Translations under genes and position numbers: made by a program
In this document: piece by piece, positions 38,351 to 48,005 of the stretch
Numbering within the stretch: position 1 is the first letter of the stretch
Layout of the letters: each line of letters starts with the position of its first letter
From: a virus
Direction: 5' to 3' (one strand)
DNA: 64,000 nucleotides
IMG/VR virus record: IMGVR_UViG_3300030061_002429
Span: 37,689-101,688 of that record
The notes under the pieces: generated by a model
Told to the model about the DNA's origin: nothing
The model's input: only the letters and a program-made list of their open reading frames with translations
Database searches by the model: none

Positions 38351-39108
38351 TCATCTCCCTCGTCTATTACAACCAGTAAAGTATTGGCTTGCTCAAAGAT
38401 AAGCGGAGTACCATCACCCATGTGGAAACGTGCAGTGCCTTCATCGAGGTACATCAGACAAACAGGCAACCACTCACCGAAGTTGGATTGGATGGTAGCC
38501 GAAGGTCCGTCTGTGTCCGTGATGGGCAATGTGGTAAACAGGCGACCACTTGCCGCCTTACCTGCAACGATACCGAACTCGTTCTCACCGCAGTGCGTAC
38601 GCACCTTGAACTGTGCATTGTCAGCGATGACCTTACGCATACCTGCAAGCGAAATCAAATCCTTCGTATCAGATATGCTTCCATGAGCACTCAATGGTGA
38701 CTTGTAGAATACAGTGAAGTTGTTGTCGATGCACGCACTGATGACCCGACCCATTGCATTGACCTTTGCAAACGATTCAATCTCGTCTGTACTTGGTATC
38801 TGAAGTCGGTTACCACCTGCATCAATGTGCAGTGGTTTCACTGGTGCAGTCTGTCGCAGTGTGATGTTGGTTTGCTTGCTCGCCTTGATGAATTTCAAGA
38901 ACTTGTCCATCAGTGCAATGTGAATGAAGCCCTCTTCCTCGATAGCCCCTGTTTCAACTGGAAACCTCTTGCGTAGGTAGTGGTTAGCATAGGCCACCTC
39001 AACCGTCAAGAACGCACCACTGCAAGCGATTCGCAGGTCGTCCAAGTCCTTTGCAAAGGACATAAGGAACGACTGAAAATCATTTCTGTTCACTGTTACT
39101 TTTACCAT
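38347..39108 (-). CDS. DNA sliding clamp (PCNA-like)
   Basis: 253 aa, clamp-like alpha/beta pattern, coupled to polB and near RFC. Confidence 0.6.
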   Translation of the reverse strand: MVKVTVNRNDFQSFLMSFAKDLDDLRIACSGAFLTVEVAYANHYLRKRFPVETGAIEEEGFIHIALMDKFLKFIKASKQTNITLRQTAPVKPLHIDAGGNRLQIPSTDEIESFAKVNAMGRVISACIDNNFTVFYKSPLSAHGSISDTKDLISLAGMRKVIADNAQFKVRTHCGENEFGIVAGKAASGRLFTTLPITDTDGPSATIQSNFGEWLPVCLMYLDEGTARFHMGDGTPLIFEQANTLLVVIDEGDE

Positions 39109-39120
39109 AAAATCACCTTA

Positions 39121-39245
39121 TCTGTATGTGATGGGGAGGGGCGGGAGGGAATGTAAAACCCCCCGACGAAGGCGGGATGCCCACAAGGAAGGGTATGCCC
39201 CAATTACTTGTCAGACCCATCACACAGAACCCCTGTACTGTGTGA
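39121..39245. ncRNA. putative structured RNA motif, copy 1
   Basis: Nested stems TGTGATGGG/CCCATCACA and GGGGC/GCCCC with 3 inner hairpins; fills the intergenic gap; homologous to 52535-52626. Confidence 0.55.
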
Positions 39246-39248
39246 ATA

Positions 39249-40199
39249 TCAAAGTTCTCCTTGATACAATTCTGGAAGGCCATACCATTCAGGCTCGCCA
39301 TCAGGTCTTGTAACGAATATCTTACGTCGTTGGTCTTGTAGGTTCGGGTTCGTCTTACACTTGTCGAACACTGCGTAGTAGACCGTTTCAATCAATTCAC
39401 CATCCGCATCGAAGACTTCTTCTTTCTCGGTCTTCAAGATGGTTGGAAGGTAGTTGTTGGACCTCTTCTCCCAGTCAGCGACGTATCGCTTGTTAGGTCC
39501 ATAGAAGTCCCTTGTCGTGACGTGCGTTTCCCAAAAGACACGTACGCCCATGCGAACAAGGTCACGAGAGAGCGAGGTCAATTGGTGGAAACGAGTGTTG
39601 CGGATAGCCCATGTCGATTGCTTATCGACCTTCGCCGCACCACTTCCGTCAGCCGCTTGAATGGCATCGCTTGCCAATCCCAAGTCCACAATACGCATGT
39701 TGTTGGTGCATATCTCAAGCCACGAATCAACACCACTGATGATGATACCCCAAATCGGTACACCTTGTTGCACTTGATTGTAAAAGTGCTTCATCAAGTT
39801 CATGACACGCTGATGTGTGTCAGGATAGTTGTAGGCTGTACGGTCGTTGTGACTCATCGCCCACGGATTCCATGAGATGATGTTCTCTTGTGGATGCAAT
39901 GCCGATGAAAGCATACCCACACCCATGTCGAAATCAATCGAGTGAAGGACTGAACCCTCCACCTTCTTCTTGTCGTTGCGGAACGCATCGAGTATGATAC
40001 CACTCTTACCTGTTCCGTCCTCGCCCCACACACCGATGAACTGATACTTCTTCTGTTTCGCATTCATCAGTAGTGCTTGTTCTTTCTCGAAAGACGCAAA
40101 GGGATTATCAGATGCAACAGCCGCTTGTGCTGTCGCTTCCTTCTTCGCTTCTTTCACTTCTTCTTTGATGTCCTGTACTTGTTGTCCAAATCCTGCCAT
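39249..40199 (-). CDS. RecA-fold P-loop ATPase (Sak4/AAA_24-like recombinase)
   Basis: GEDGTGKS, IDFD, IIISGVD, ETH. Confidence 0.7.
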   Translation of the reverse strand: MAGFGQQVQDIKEEVKEAKKEATAQAAVASDNPFASFEKEQALLMNAKQKKYQFIGVWGEDGTGKSGIILDAFRNDKKKVEGSVLHSIDFDMGVGMLSSALHPQENIISWNPWAMSHNDRTAYNYPDTHQRVMNLMKHFYNQVQQGVPIWGIIISGVDSWLEICTNNMRIVDLGLASDAIQAADGSGAAKVDKQSTWAIRNTRFHQLTSLSRDLVRMGVRVFWETHVTTRDFYGPNKRYVADWEKRSNNYLPTILKTEKEEVFDADGELIETVYYAVFDKCKTNPNLQDQRRKIFVTRPDGEPEWYGLPELYQGEL

Positions 40200-40210
40200 G
40201 TTTATTCCTC

Positions 40211-41548
40211 CTAATCGAATTGTCCTACTCCTGTGTTGCCACCAGTTGCACGTCGTCGGCTACGTCTTGGGTCAGCATAGACACCAAAGACGCTCATCTT
40301 GGGTGAAACAACACCGTTGTATTCCTTCATACCAAGACGGCCAAAGACAAGCACCGTAGAATTTTCAGCAATGTCAAACGCATCATCGCCCCAACCCGCT
40401 TTGAACGGTGTTGTAAGTTTGCCGACTGCACCTGAAATCCAACACGTCATGTCACCTGTAATGCTACTGGTGAGCGTCATGGAGTAGTTGTGACCTTCGG
40501 GGTCATACTCACTCTCACGAGGTTCTGTGTTGAGTGTTGATACCATACCTCGTGTGAACACGAGTGGACCCCATGAACGCTTCTCGCCTCCAATCATGCC
40601 ACTCTCCTTGCGAGTTTCAAACGCCTCCTCAAGTTCGTCAATGTGTACGTAGTAGTCGTGACCCAAATCTCGTGATGTCCAAAACTTGGATGCATTGAGA
40701 AGAGGCTTCACGTTATCAGCAACGAAGTCATCTGTGTATTCAACCTCAAAGGAACGGTATGTACCGAGTACATCCTTGAAGTTCTCACTCGCCTTCTCTC
40801 GTGGAGGTACGACCTGTATCTTACATGGCCGTCCGATGTCCACTTCAAGGTTTGATAACTCGTTGTTCAAGTCGATACGCCACAGTGAAACCTCACCCTG
40901 CTTGACAAACTTCTCTTCTTCGTTGCCGAGGAAGTAGTAGTAGCGACCCATCTTCTTGTACGGTGCAGGGTCGTCATTGTATGATGTAAGGCACACCCAA
41001 TCTTGGTCTACTTTAACACCGAAAGGTGGATTCTCATCAGCCGATACCTCAAGTTTCTTGACACCGTTCTTCGTATGCAATGACCAGTTCGCACCAGTCC
41101 TTTCAAACACACCAAGACGACCACTACCAATTGCTTCATTGGGGTCTTCCTGATACAACTTGATGTTGCTTGCAAGAATGTTCGCAAGCCTATCTCGTGT
41201 ACGGTCTTGTACACCTACGAACTCACCGACCCACGTCGATAGGTTCGCATTGCTTCCACCGCTTTGCTTGCGGGTTTCAGTGAACACTTGTTCGGCCCAA
41301 TCAATGAGCAGGTCTTCATCTGATTCCTGTGTGTAGTCATCCACACCGTAATGTTCCTTGATGTAGTCAAGGTACATTTGTCGTGCTTCGTCGGGCTTCT
41401 TTCCTGTACGTTCAGCAAATGCATTCATACGAACAAGGACACCCTTCGGTAAGTCGTTGCTCGTGGATTCTTGCACTTCTCCAAACCCATTCGTTTCTTC
41501 GTTCATGTTTTCCATCTCCATGTATTCATCTTCTTCTTGCCAAGTCAT
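40211..41548 (-). CDS. putative RPA/SSB (OB-fold)
   Basis: Acidic; OB-like C-terminus VLVFGRL...MSVFGVY; position in replication module. Confidence 0.55.
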   Translation of the reverse strand: MTWQEEDEYMEMENMNEETNGFGEVQESTSNDLPKGVLVRMNAFAERTGKKPDEARQMYLDYIKEHYGVDDYTQESDEDLLIDWAEQVFTETRKQSGGSNANLSTWVGEFVGVQDRTRDRLANILASNIKLYQEDPNEAIGSGRLGVFERTGANWSLHTKNGVKKLEVSADENPPFGVKVDQDWVCLTSYNDDPAPYKKMGRYYYFLGNEEEKFVKQGEVSLWRIDLNNELSNLEVDIGRPCKIQVVPPREKASENFKDVLGTYRSFEVEYTDDFVADNVKPLLNASKFWTSRDLGHDYYVHIDELEEAFETRKESGMIGGEKRSWGPLVFTRGMVSTLNTEPRESEYDPEGHNYSMTLTSSITGDMTCWISGAVGKLTTPFKAGWGDDAFDIAENSTVLVFGRLGMKEYNGVVSPKMSVFGVYADPRRSRRRATGGNTGVGQFD

Positions 41549-42471
41549 TGTTTCAACTCCTTCTTCAATCGAGCAGTAAATACGTCCACGTATGCCGCAT
41601 CAGTACCTACAAATTCATGCACAATCTGCATCATCTCACCCCAAACATATGTCACGGCAAACGCTGTTTCAGGCGTATTGTCGAACTGTTTGCTGATGTA
41701 CTTGTGCAGTCCATGCATGAATGTGGTGCGATTACCTGCATCTCTCAATCGCTGATGCAGGGTCTTGCGGATGTTGTCGAACTTGTGCTCATCAAGTTCA
41801 GCCCACCAGTTGTCTTCGCTGTCCTGTGTCACCACATGGTCAAGCGCATCAGGTGTGCGCTTGAGGGTGGACAGGTAATTGACACTCTTTCGTAGGTCAC
41901 CATCCATTCGTTCAACGAGCGCAGGGTAATTCTTCACCCACTCACTCGGTAGAAAATCAAGTCGTGATAGGTGCTTTGCACCCTCACTCGGAACAACACG
42001 GTCAAACACGTAGGTACGACATCGACTCTTAATCGCCTCGTGTATCTTCTCACCTTGATTTGCAGTGAGAATGAACACAATACGATTGGCGTATTGCTCC
42101 ATGATACCACGTAGGATTTGCTGTGCCTGTACAGTGAAACCATCGAACTCATCAAGCACAATGGGTTTCTTTTCTGTGCCTACACCACGCAAACGACAGA
42201 ACTGTTTGACCTCTTCACGGACAAAGGCGATGCCTCGTTCATCACTGGCATTCGTCCAAAGCATATTGATTGCGTTGTGAGCCTTACCGAGTATAGTACG
42301 ACACATGACATTGGCCGCACTGGACTTACCCGTACCCGGTGGTCCGAGTAAGAGGACGGCTGATGGGTAATCATCATTCTCAACCCAGTGACGCATGTCA
42401 TCTGTGAACTCCTTGTTGCCGACGATTTCATCGACAGTAACAGGGCGTAGTTGCTCATTCCAATTGTCCAT
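41545..42471 (-). CDS. rfcS: replication factor C small subunit (clamp loader)
   Basis: W.E..RP, GPPGTGKSS, NASDERG, LDEFD, SRC, GDLRK; start MDNW follows the promoter cassette. Confidence 0.92.
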   Translation of the reverse strand: MDNWNEQLRPVTVDEIVGNKEFTDDMRHWVENDDYPSAVLLLGPPGTGKSSAANVMCRTILGKAHNAINMLWTNASDERGIAFVREEVKQFCRLRGVGTEKKPIVLDEFDGFTVQAQQILRGIMEQYANRIVFILTANQGEKIHEAIKSRCRTYVFDRVVPSEGAKHLSRLDFLPSEWVKNYPALVERMDGDLRKSVNYLSTLKRTPDALDHVVTQDSEDNWWAELDEHKFDNIRKTLHQRLRDAGNRTTFMHGLHKYISKQFDNTPETAFAVTYVWGEMMQIVHEFVGTDAAYVDVFTARLKKELKQ

Positions 42472-42484
42472 ATTTCTCACCTTC

Positions 42485-42506
42485 TTTCTCTTTGCCAATT
42501 TATAAA
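42485..42506 (-). promoter_or_regulatory. repeated promoter cassette copy 2
   Basis: TTTATAAATTGGCAAAGAGAAA then GAAGGTGA. Confidence 0.8.
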
Positions 42507-42511
42507 GCAAA

Positions 42512-42787
42512 TCATCTCTTTCTCTCTTTTTGTGTTTTCTCACGAAGTTCTTCATTCATGTGATTAACCATCTTAATAAATGATTCAATTGATTCGGCAT
42601 GAAGAACGGCATGTAGTGATTTGAATTGTTCTTCCGTTAAGACATCCCATATTTTCATTTGCATAAAACTTTGAAGTGAGTGTCTTGTTCTTGTTTTTTT
42701 AAATTTCTTGACAACTTCAATAGGAAGCCCAAAGACGACTATTAACATTTCATCAAACATCGAATACATGCGTATATTATAATTCAT
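42512..42787 (-). CDS. hypothetical protein (AT-rich)
   Basis: ORF overlapping upstream stop. Confidence 0.55.
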   Translation of the reverse strand: MNYNIRMYSMFDEMLIVVFGLPIEVVKKFKKTRTRHSLQSFMQMKIWDVLTEEQFKSLHAVLHAESIESFIKMVNHMNEELREKTQKERKR

Positions 42788-43164
42788 AATTCATCCCTCA
42801 CTCGGTCAAATTCCTCCGCCCACTCAATGAAGTCATCGTAGGATGTACTGGGAACAGGATTGTTGAATGTGTACACCATTGTGTCGTAGTAGCGTTGCTT
42901 GGTCAGCAGGTGAGCGTACGGCTCAAGTGTGTCCAACCACTCGGTCACGTCAGCGTTAGCGGTTGCAGGTAGCGGAGGTAGCCCACTCTCATCAATCCAC
43001 ATCTGTACAGGTAACTCTTGGTCGCTGTCGTAGGTGATGTCGATTTTACGCTTGAGCCTGTACCCCACCCCAGTGTGTACCTTCTCGGCTGTGGTAGAGA
43101 AGCGTAGTTTCGACAGTAAAATACCAAGCCCTACGTTGGTCAGCCAGTCCTTTGTTCTACTCAT
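42784..43164 (-). CDS. hypothetical protein, possibly degenerate LAGLIDADG fold
   Basis: LGILLSKLRF...GVGYRLKRKIDI resembles LAGLIDADG topology only weakly. Confidence 0.4.
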   Translation of the reverse strand: MSRTKDWLTNVGLGILLSKLRFSTTAEKVHTGVGYRLKRKIDITYDSDQELPVQMWIDESGLPPLPATANADVTEWLDTLEPYAHLLTKQRYYDTMVYTFNNPVPSTSYDDFIEWAEEFDRVRDEL

Positions 43165-43462
43165 CTGTATCACCACTGAATGTGTAAAGCATTCCTTCAC
43201 CATTCTCGTTTATTGAAACCGTTTTTACTGTTACCATGCTTCGTCTTTTAAGAATAGGAATAGCCTGTGAGTTGTGAGTAAATTTTCTTGTTCTGAAAAC
43301 ATGTGACATACCAACATGATGCCTGTACGCTCTTTCAACTAAATACCAAAAATCAAACATCTCATCTTTGTTCAATGTTTGACCTTCGTGATATTGAGCG
43401 ACATCAATCACCGCTTTCCTGTATGCTTTGAAATCTATTTTTCTACTTCCACCCTGTGGCAT
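43157..43462 (-). CDS. hypothetical protein (AT-rich)
   Basis: ORF with GGTGA RBS. Confidence 0.6.
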   Translation of the reverse strand: MPQGGSRKIDFKAYRKAVIDVAQYHEGQTLNKDEMFDFWYLVERAYRHHVGMSHVFRTRKFTHNSQAIPILKRRSMVTVKTVSINENGEGMLYTFSGDTDE

Positions 43463-44684
43463 AATTCTCACCTACCAATGTAATGTAATCGACTATTTCA
43501 TCCACGTCGGACAAGCCGTATGAAGTGAAAAGTCCACTGTATATGAAGTGCCAGTTGCGTCGTGGACTCCAAGTATACTCTACTTTCACTGTTAAATTAT
43601 CAGAAAGCGGTTCGGAAACCTGCCTCGCTGTGACGTTGATGTGTTGTTTACGCAATTGCTGTTCAATCTCAAACGGCAGTTGTGTCATAGCAATGATGTC
43701 AGGCACATCAACAACATCAAGGCCGTCACGGAAACCGAGCGTGAACTCTATGTTGTCACCGACTCGCTTGTAATACATGAGTTGCCCCATCAATGATACT
43801 GTGCCACTGCTCATCAAGAAGTATTCACCATACTCTTTGATGAGGAAGCCACCCTTCGGGTAATTGTGTAGGAGTTGCAAAGACTCTTCCCACGATGTAG
43901 GAAGCGGTTCTTTGTATTTAGAAAACGGAAGTTCTATACTTTCGCTGTGAATGTAATTTGTTTGGAGTGGATTCAACCAACACCATGTAAGCGGTACATC
44001 TGTCGGTATGTCCATCATCAGGTCTACCACGAGTTCTTTGGCTCTATTGCGTACAGCACCTCGATGTACCTGTATGAGTGTACTGCAATCAGTGACGAAC
44101 CAATACTCACTTGATGTTCCAACAATCCCAAGTTTGTTGTTTGTATAGGGGCGCAATGGTACGAACATCTCCTCCGCTAATTTGTCCCTACCGATACCTG
44201 TAAACACCATCTGTATCAGCATTTCAGGATTGTAGTTACTGATGTCCGACATGCCGAGCCTTATCTTCAACCACTTAACCATACGGTAACGCACAGAAGA
44301 CCAACGGTACTCCAACGCCCAACGCCAAAACATCTCGGCTTCGATTAGGGACATTGAACGACATAGGTCAAGCAACCAGTCCTCATCAGGTATGTTGTGT
44401 ACCAACGCCATCAGTTCATCAACGTTCAAGCCTTTGCTTTGGTCGTTGGATTCCCATGTCAAGATTTTCGATATGTGTGCATTGTCGCCAACTGCATCGA
44501 GTTGTTCGACAAAGCAACCGCACTCGTTTGCAAGTTGTATCTTGACACGTCGTGCTGTCATAGGTAACCTTTCTTTGGCATCCAAGAAACGCCACACTGT
44601 AAGGGCTTCTTCCATTGACAAATCATTCGTCGTGAGATGACGTGGCATCTTTGAAACCAATACACATAGACGCTGGAAGTTCAT
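43443..44684 (-). CDS. degenerate ATP-dependent DNA ligase-like protein
   Basis: IQVH, GGFLIK, FTLGFRD and VKVEY resemble ligase motifs; no KxDG. Confidence 0.5.
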   Translation of the reverse strand: MNFQRLCVLVSKMPRHLTTNDLSMEEALTVWRFLDAKERLPMTARRVKIQLANECGCFVEQLDAVGDNAHISKILTWESNDQSKGLNVDELMALVHNIPDEDWLLDLCRSMSLIEAEMFWRWALEYRWSSVRYRMVKWLKIRLGMSDISNYNPEMLIQMVFTGIGRDKLAEEMFVPLRPYTNNKLGIVGTSSEYWFVTDCSTLIQVHRGAVRNRAKELVVDLMMDIPTDVPLTWCWLNPLQTNYIHSESIELPFSKYKEPLPTSWEESLQLLHNYPKGGFLIKEYGEYFLMSSGTVSLMGQLMYYKRVGDNIEFTLGFRDGLDVVDVPDIIAMTQLPFEIEQQLRKQHINVTARQVSEPLSDNLTVKVEYTWSPRRNWHFIYSGLFTSYGLSDVDEIVDYITLVGENYATGWK

Positions 44685-45010
44685 ACATGCACCCCCAAGT
44701 ATATCCTATCACTATCATCAACGATGAGGTTCTCAATCCACCCTGCACCATGCTCATCATGCTCGTACAACGCACCCGTCTTATCAGAACGGACTTTCAA
44801 GAATGGTATAGTTTCAGGGTGAAAGTTTTTGCTCACCATAAGATGACATCCTTTGTGTAATGCACTTCGTGCAATCAATGCACTTTGACTACGCAACAAA
44901 TTGTGTACAACGTCAGTGAGTGTGAAGGAAAGGCTTTCACCCGCAAGTGGTCCGTCAACGAATTCCCATGTCCTATTCCGTTGTTTCCAACGGAGAAGGT
45001 ATGCTTTCAT
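44681..45010 (-). CDS. hypothetical protein
   Basis: ORF starting MKAYLLRW. Confidence 0.6.
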   Translation of the reverse strand: MKAYLLRWKQRNRTWEFVDGPLAGESLSFTLTDVVHNLLRSQSALIARSALHKGCHLMVSKNFHPETIPFLKVRSDKTGALYEHDEHGAGWIENLIVDDSDRIYLGVHV

Positions 45011-45290
45011 CTTCTTCCCTCGCAATTCGTCGTTGTTGTTCTTCTTCGTTTGAGTCGATGTGGTCGAGTATCTCAACCAAGACTGGGAGAAGTTCTCGGA
45101 TTTGATTCGGTGTGAATCGAACTCCCTCTCTTGTATGTTCATAACCATCGTCCTTCCGTTTCAACACACGTATGTCAATCCAGTTTCGTCCTTTGAATTT
45201 AATCCATGCAGTGCGAACCTTTCCCTTTCCAGCACCCCACTTTTGGGTCTTCCCGTCTTGGAGAAGATAGTCCCGTTCAAAGTTGCTCAT
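44973..45290 (-). CDS. PC4/Sub1-like ssDNA-binding protein
   Basis: FKGRNWIDIR...TREGVRFT. Confidence 0.8.
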   Translation of the reverse strand: MSNFERDYLLQDGKTQKWGAGKGKVRTAWIKFKGRNWIDIRVLKRKDDGYEHTREGVRFTPNQIRELLPVLVEILDHIDSNEEEQQRRIAREEDESIPSPLETTE

Positions 45291-46033
45291 TCTTCTTCCT
45301 CGTCCTTCTTACGTGAAGTTCGTTCAACCAACAAGCCCCACATCCACGGAGGTACTTTACCTTCGTCGTGGTCGCTTCCTAAGACGTGATACAGTGAATT
45401 GTCATTCAAACTCTCTTCTGTGAAGAACCCCTTGTCGGCTCGCTCTTTCAACTCGATACGAGTCATCGCCTTGTAAGTGTGGTCGTCTGTGTGCCACGTC
45501 ATGTACAACTCGTCACCCGCAAGCAGGTGGTAGTCTTGTGGCTCCATAGCAATATCAGCACCGCACGCAGGGCATGTGATGTGTGTACGCCATAGTTCAA
45601 CTGGTGCAGTGTTCCCGCTATCGAGTTGAGCCTCGATGGTTTCAACGAACTCATCAGACTTTCTTTCAAGGTTAAAGTTTGCAAGTGGTTCACCACAGTT
45701 GCACGCCCAACCTGATGCAATCGCTTGTCGTTGTTGGAACTCTTGTTCCGCAACTTGTGTTGGGTCAAGTGGTGGTACAACCATTTCAAATCCATCGGGT
45801 GTTTGAACAGTGACACCCAGTTCACCGAACAAGTCCATCACGCTGTTGTGGAATGCGTGTGTGTCAGGATGGTCGTACATGGACATCAACGCCCATGTGG
45901 TTTCGTCTTGTTTGTGGTACTGAACACCTGCACCCTGTGGTGACCATGTGCCACCAACGGGTATGCTGTCAATGTGTTCCTTCGCCCATACAATCAGTTC
46001 TTCGTTTACTTCAAATGCTGTCATGTCATTCAC
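45287..46033 (-). CDS. zinc-ribbon-containing hypothetical protein
   Basis: WACNCG, CPACG. Confidence 0.7.
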   Translation of the reverse strand: MNDMTAFEVNEELIVWAKEHIDSIPVGGTWSPQGAGVQYHKQDETTWALMSMYDHPDTHAFHNSVMDLFGELGVTVQTPDGFEMVVPPLDPTQVAEQEFQQRQAIASGWACNCGEPLANFNLERKSDEFVETIEAQLDSGNTAPVELWRTHITCPACGADIAMEPQDYHLLAGDELYMTWHTDDHTYKAMTRIELKERADKGFFTEESLNDNSLYHVLGSDHDEGKVPPWMWGLLVERTSRKKDEEEE

Positions 46034-46253
46034 CTCTCTTTACTTTGCACACCGTGAATATTTCACAATGCTCACATGCAGTCAAAACCAAGTCGTCCTT
46101 GTCAAGTACATACACGTCAGCATTCGGTGCGTCACATACAGGGCATTCGGTTTCGTTCTTTAGTGTAACGGCTACATCATACTTCTTACCAAAGACTTTG
46201 ATGGTTGCTGATTCAAGCAACTCATGGTCACCCATTCGTACTTGCAACTTCAT
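46026..46253 (-). CDS. zinc-ribbon protein
   Basis: CPVC...CEHC. Confidence 0.65.
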   Translation of the reverse strand: MKLQVRMGDHELLESATIKVFGKKYDVAVTLKNETECPVCDAPNADVYVLDKDDLVLTACEHCEIFTVCKVKRGE

Positions 46254-47281
46254 TGAATCACTTCCAATGCCAACTCCCAAGCAATCTTCTTCTTGCGAGC
46301 GTAAGGACCGAAGATGGCCGACTCAATACCCTTGCGACTCTTCTCACCATTGCGAAGTGTCGTAGCGTGATGGTCGATGAACTCGGTGACAGCATTGTAT
46401 GCCGCCCACCATGTGCCACCCATGTCACCCACATTGTTCTGTGGACTTGAGAGCAACTGCATCAACTTATTCATCTTGAGTCTTGTTTTGGTGTTGTCAG
46501 CCATCTCACCCGTTTCAGGGTCACGCTTGAGGCCAAGCACATCAATGAAGTACTCCTTGACATCATCAATCTCGTACTGAACAGTAGCCAGTTCACTTGC
46601 TTGTTCACCCCATTCGATGAACTGCTTGTTCATGATACCCAATGCTCGACGCACATCATCAACACGCTGACCCATCTTGGATGTGTGACGCACGTTGTAC
46701 GTGGATGCCTTGCCTTGTCCAATCGCACCACTCAATGTATTTTGACAAACGACACGGATTGGTGTAGGAAGGAACTTCACTGCACCTGTACCGTCGTGCT
46801 TGTTTGTGATAAGGAAGTATTGTTCCACTGGGTCTTGTCCATTGATGACAATGGTATCAGGCAACTTCGCCAAAATCCATACGGTTTCCCCGTTACCCAA
46901 CGCACCTGCAACTTCGATAGCCGCCTCGTGTGATTGTAGAATCTCATCCATGAATGCAAACGCATCCACGTTCTGTAGTGGTTTCCATACCCGACCTACG
47001 GCTTTACCCCCACGAGTGAGTGGGACAAGTCCATCCTCGCTCTCACGGAAGACACCGTATGTATCAGGTACAGCATTGAAAGAAGGATTAACAGTCAAAT
47101 CATCTGATGTATCATACCACAATGGTAACTTCACCACACTCCAATCAAGGTGTGCTTTCTGTAATGCTTCCGTCGTAGTCATCAGACCCTCGACAGATGT
47201 TCCCAGTCCATGCCACGGTGTACTACCCGCCCATGCTGTCATGTATTCTCCGCTTGCTGTTTGTGCTAAATCGTGTGCCAT
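46250..47281 (-). CDS. DUF932 / TIGR03299-family phage protein
   Basis: PWHGLG, PLQN..AF, HDGTG, TPIRVVCQNTL, RHT, AYNAVTEFIDH. Confidence 0.88.
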   Translation of the reverse strand: MAHDLAQTASGEYMTAWAGSTPWHGLGTSVEGLMTTTEALQKAHLDWSVVKLPLWYDTSDDLTVNPSFNAVPDTYGVFRESEDGLVPLTRGGKAVGRVWKPLQNVDAFAFMDEILQSHEAAIEVAGALGNGETVWILAKLPDTIVINGQDPVEQYFLITNKHDGTGAVKFLPTPIRVVCQNTLSGAIGQGKASTYNVRHTSKMGQRVDDVRRALGIMNKQFIEWGEQASELATVQYEIDDVKEYFIDVLGLKRDPETGEMADNTKTRLKMNKLMQLLSSPQNNVGDMGGTWWAAYNAVTEFIDHHATTLRNGEKSRKGIESAIFGPYARKKKIAWELALEVIQ

Positions 47282-47283
47282 AC

Positions 47284-47445
47284 TTAGTCCTCCTGTAGTA
47301 TCTCGTAATCCACTGCGTCAAACAATGTGTCATCGAATGGTTTGTCGAACAACTTGTGTACGAGCCACAACTTCTCCTCAAGTTCTACTTCGCTGTCAGC
47401 AAGTATCTCGCCTTCGTACGTTACTTTGACCATGAATGTTTTCAT
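47284..47445 (-). CDS. hypothetical protein
   Basis: MKTFMVKV, preceded by GAGGTG. Confidence 0.55.
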   Translation of the reverse strand: MKTFMVKVTYEGEILADSEVELEEKLWLVHKLFDKPFDDTLFDAVDYEILQED

Positions 47446-47446
47446 C

Positions 47447-47962
47447 TCAAGCACCTCGTCCATACTGCAATACCATTGCCAACAATTGAGGATGCGTTTC
47501 ACGTAGGGTCTTGATTGGTGTGTGGTAAATCAAATCATCAAACACACTCAACAGGTCATCTCGTTGTACACCCATGATGAGTAGCACTTCCCCAACAGGT
47601 ACGTCTTCAACGTCAGCCACACGATGTTCAGGCTTGACCGCTTCAATAACGTCGTTCACTTTCTTGTGGTCTGCACTGTAATATTGTGCATTAACATGCG
47701 ATTGATTCCATTGCTTTGCACCTGAAATGATACGACTGTACACCATGCGTTTGCGTGATGGACACTTACGCTTGGTTGCATATCCCATCTGTGCCATGTT
47801 TGATAATTGTTCGGACAAGTTCTTGAATGTCACATTGGAACGCTTGGAGATGAACGGGAAGAGTTCTTCTCGTGAACACTCCGTATCTCCAAACTCTTCA
47901 TTCAATACTCGCCAAACATAGTTGCGCTTCGTTTCTTTTGGTTGTCTTTTGTAAACTGCCAT
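47447..47962 (-). CDS. putative winged-helix DNA-binding protein
   Basis: Basic N-terminus; LSEQLSNMAQMGY...KRMVYS. Confidence 0.5.
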   Translation of the reverse strand: MAVYKRQPKETKRNYVWRVLNEEFGDTECSREELFPFISKRSNVTFKNLSEQLSNMAQMGYATKRKCPSRKRMVYSRIISGAKQWNQSHVNAQYYSADHKKVNDVIEAVKPEHRVADVEDVPVGEVLLIMGVQRDDLLSVFDDLIYHTPIKTLRETHPQLLAMVLQYGRGA

Positions 47963-47974
47963 TTTATCACCTTC

Positions 47975-47996
47975 TTTCTCTTTGCCGATTTATAAA
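47975..47996 (-). promoter_or_regulatory. repeated promoter cassette copy 3
   Basis: TTTATAAATCGGCAAAGAGAAA then GAAGGTGA. Confidence 0.8.
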
Positions 47997-48005
47997 GGAA
48001 ATCGG

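Noticed and set aside
39121-39245. tRNA or hammerhead ribozyme
   Set aside because: Cloverleaf-like but lacks the TTCGA T-loop and D-loop consensus; CTGACAAG on the minus strand has no matching GAAA core and is absent from copy 2.
42472-42555. ORF-track N-terminal extensions (RFC to 42555, also 56174, 57489, 32826, 45148)
   Set aside because: They run through promoter cassettes or upstream genes; downstream ATGs have proper RBSs.
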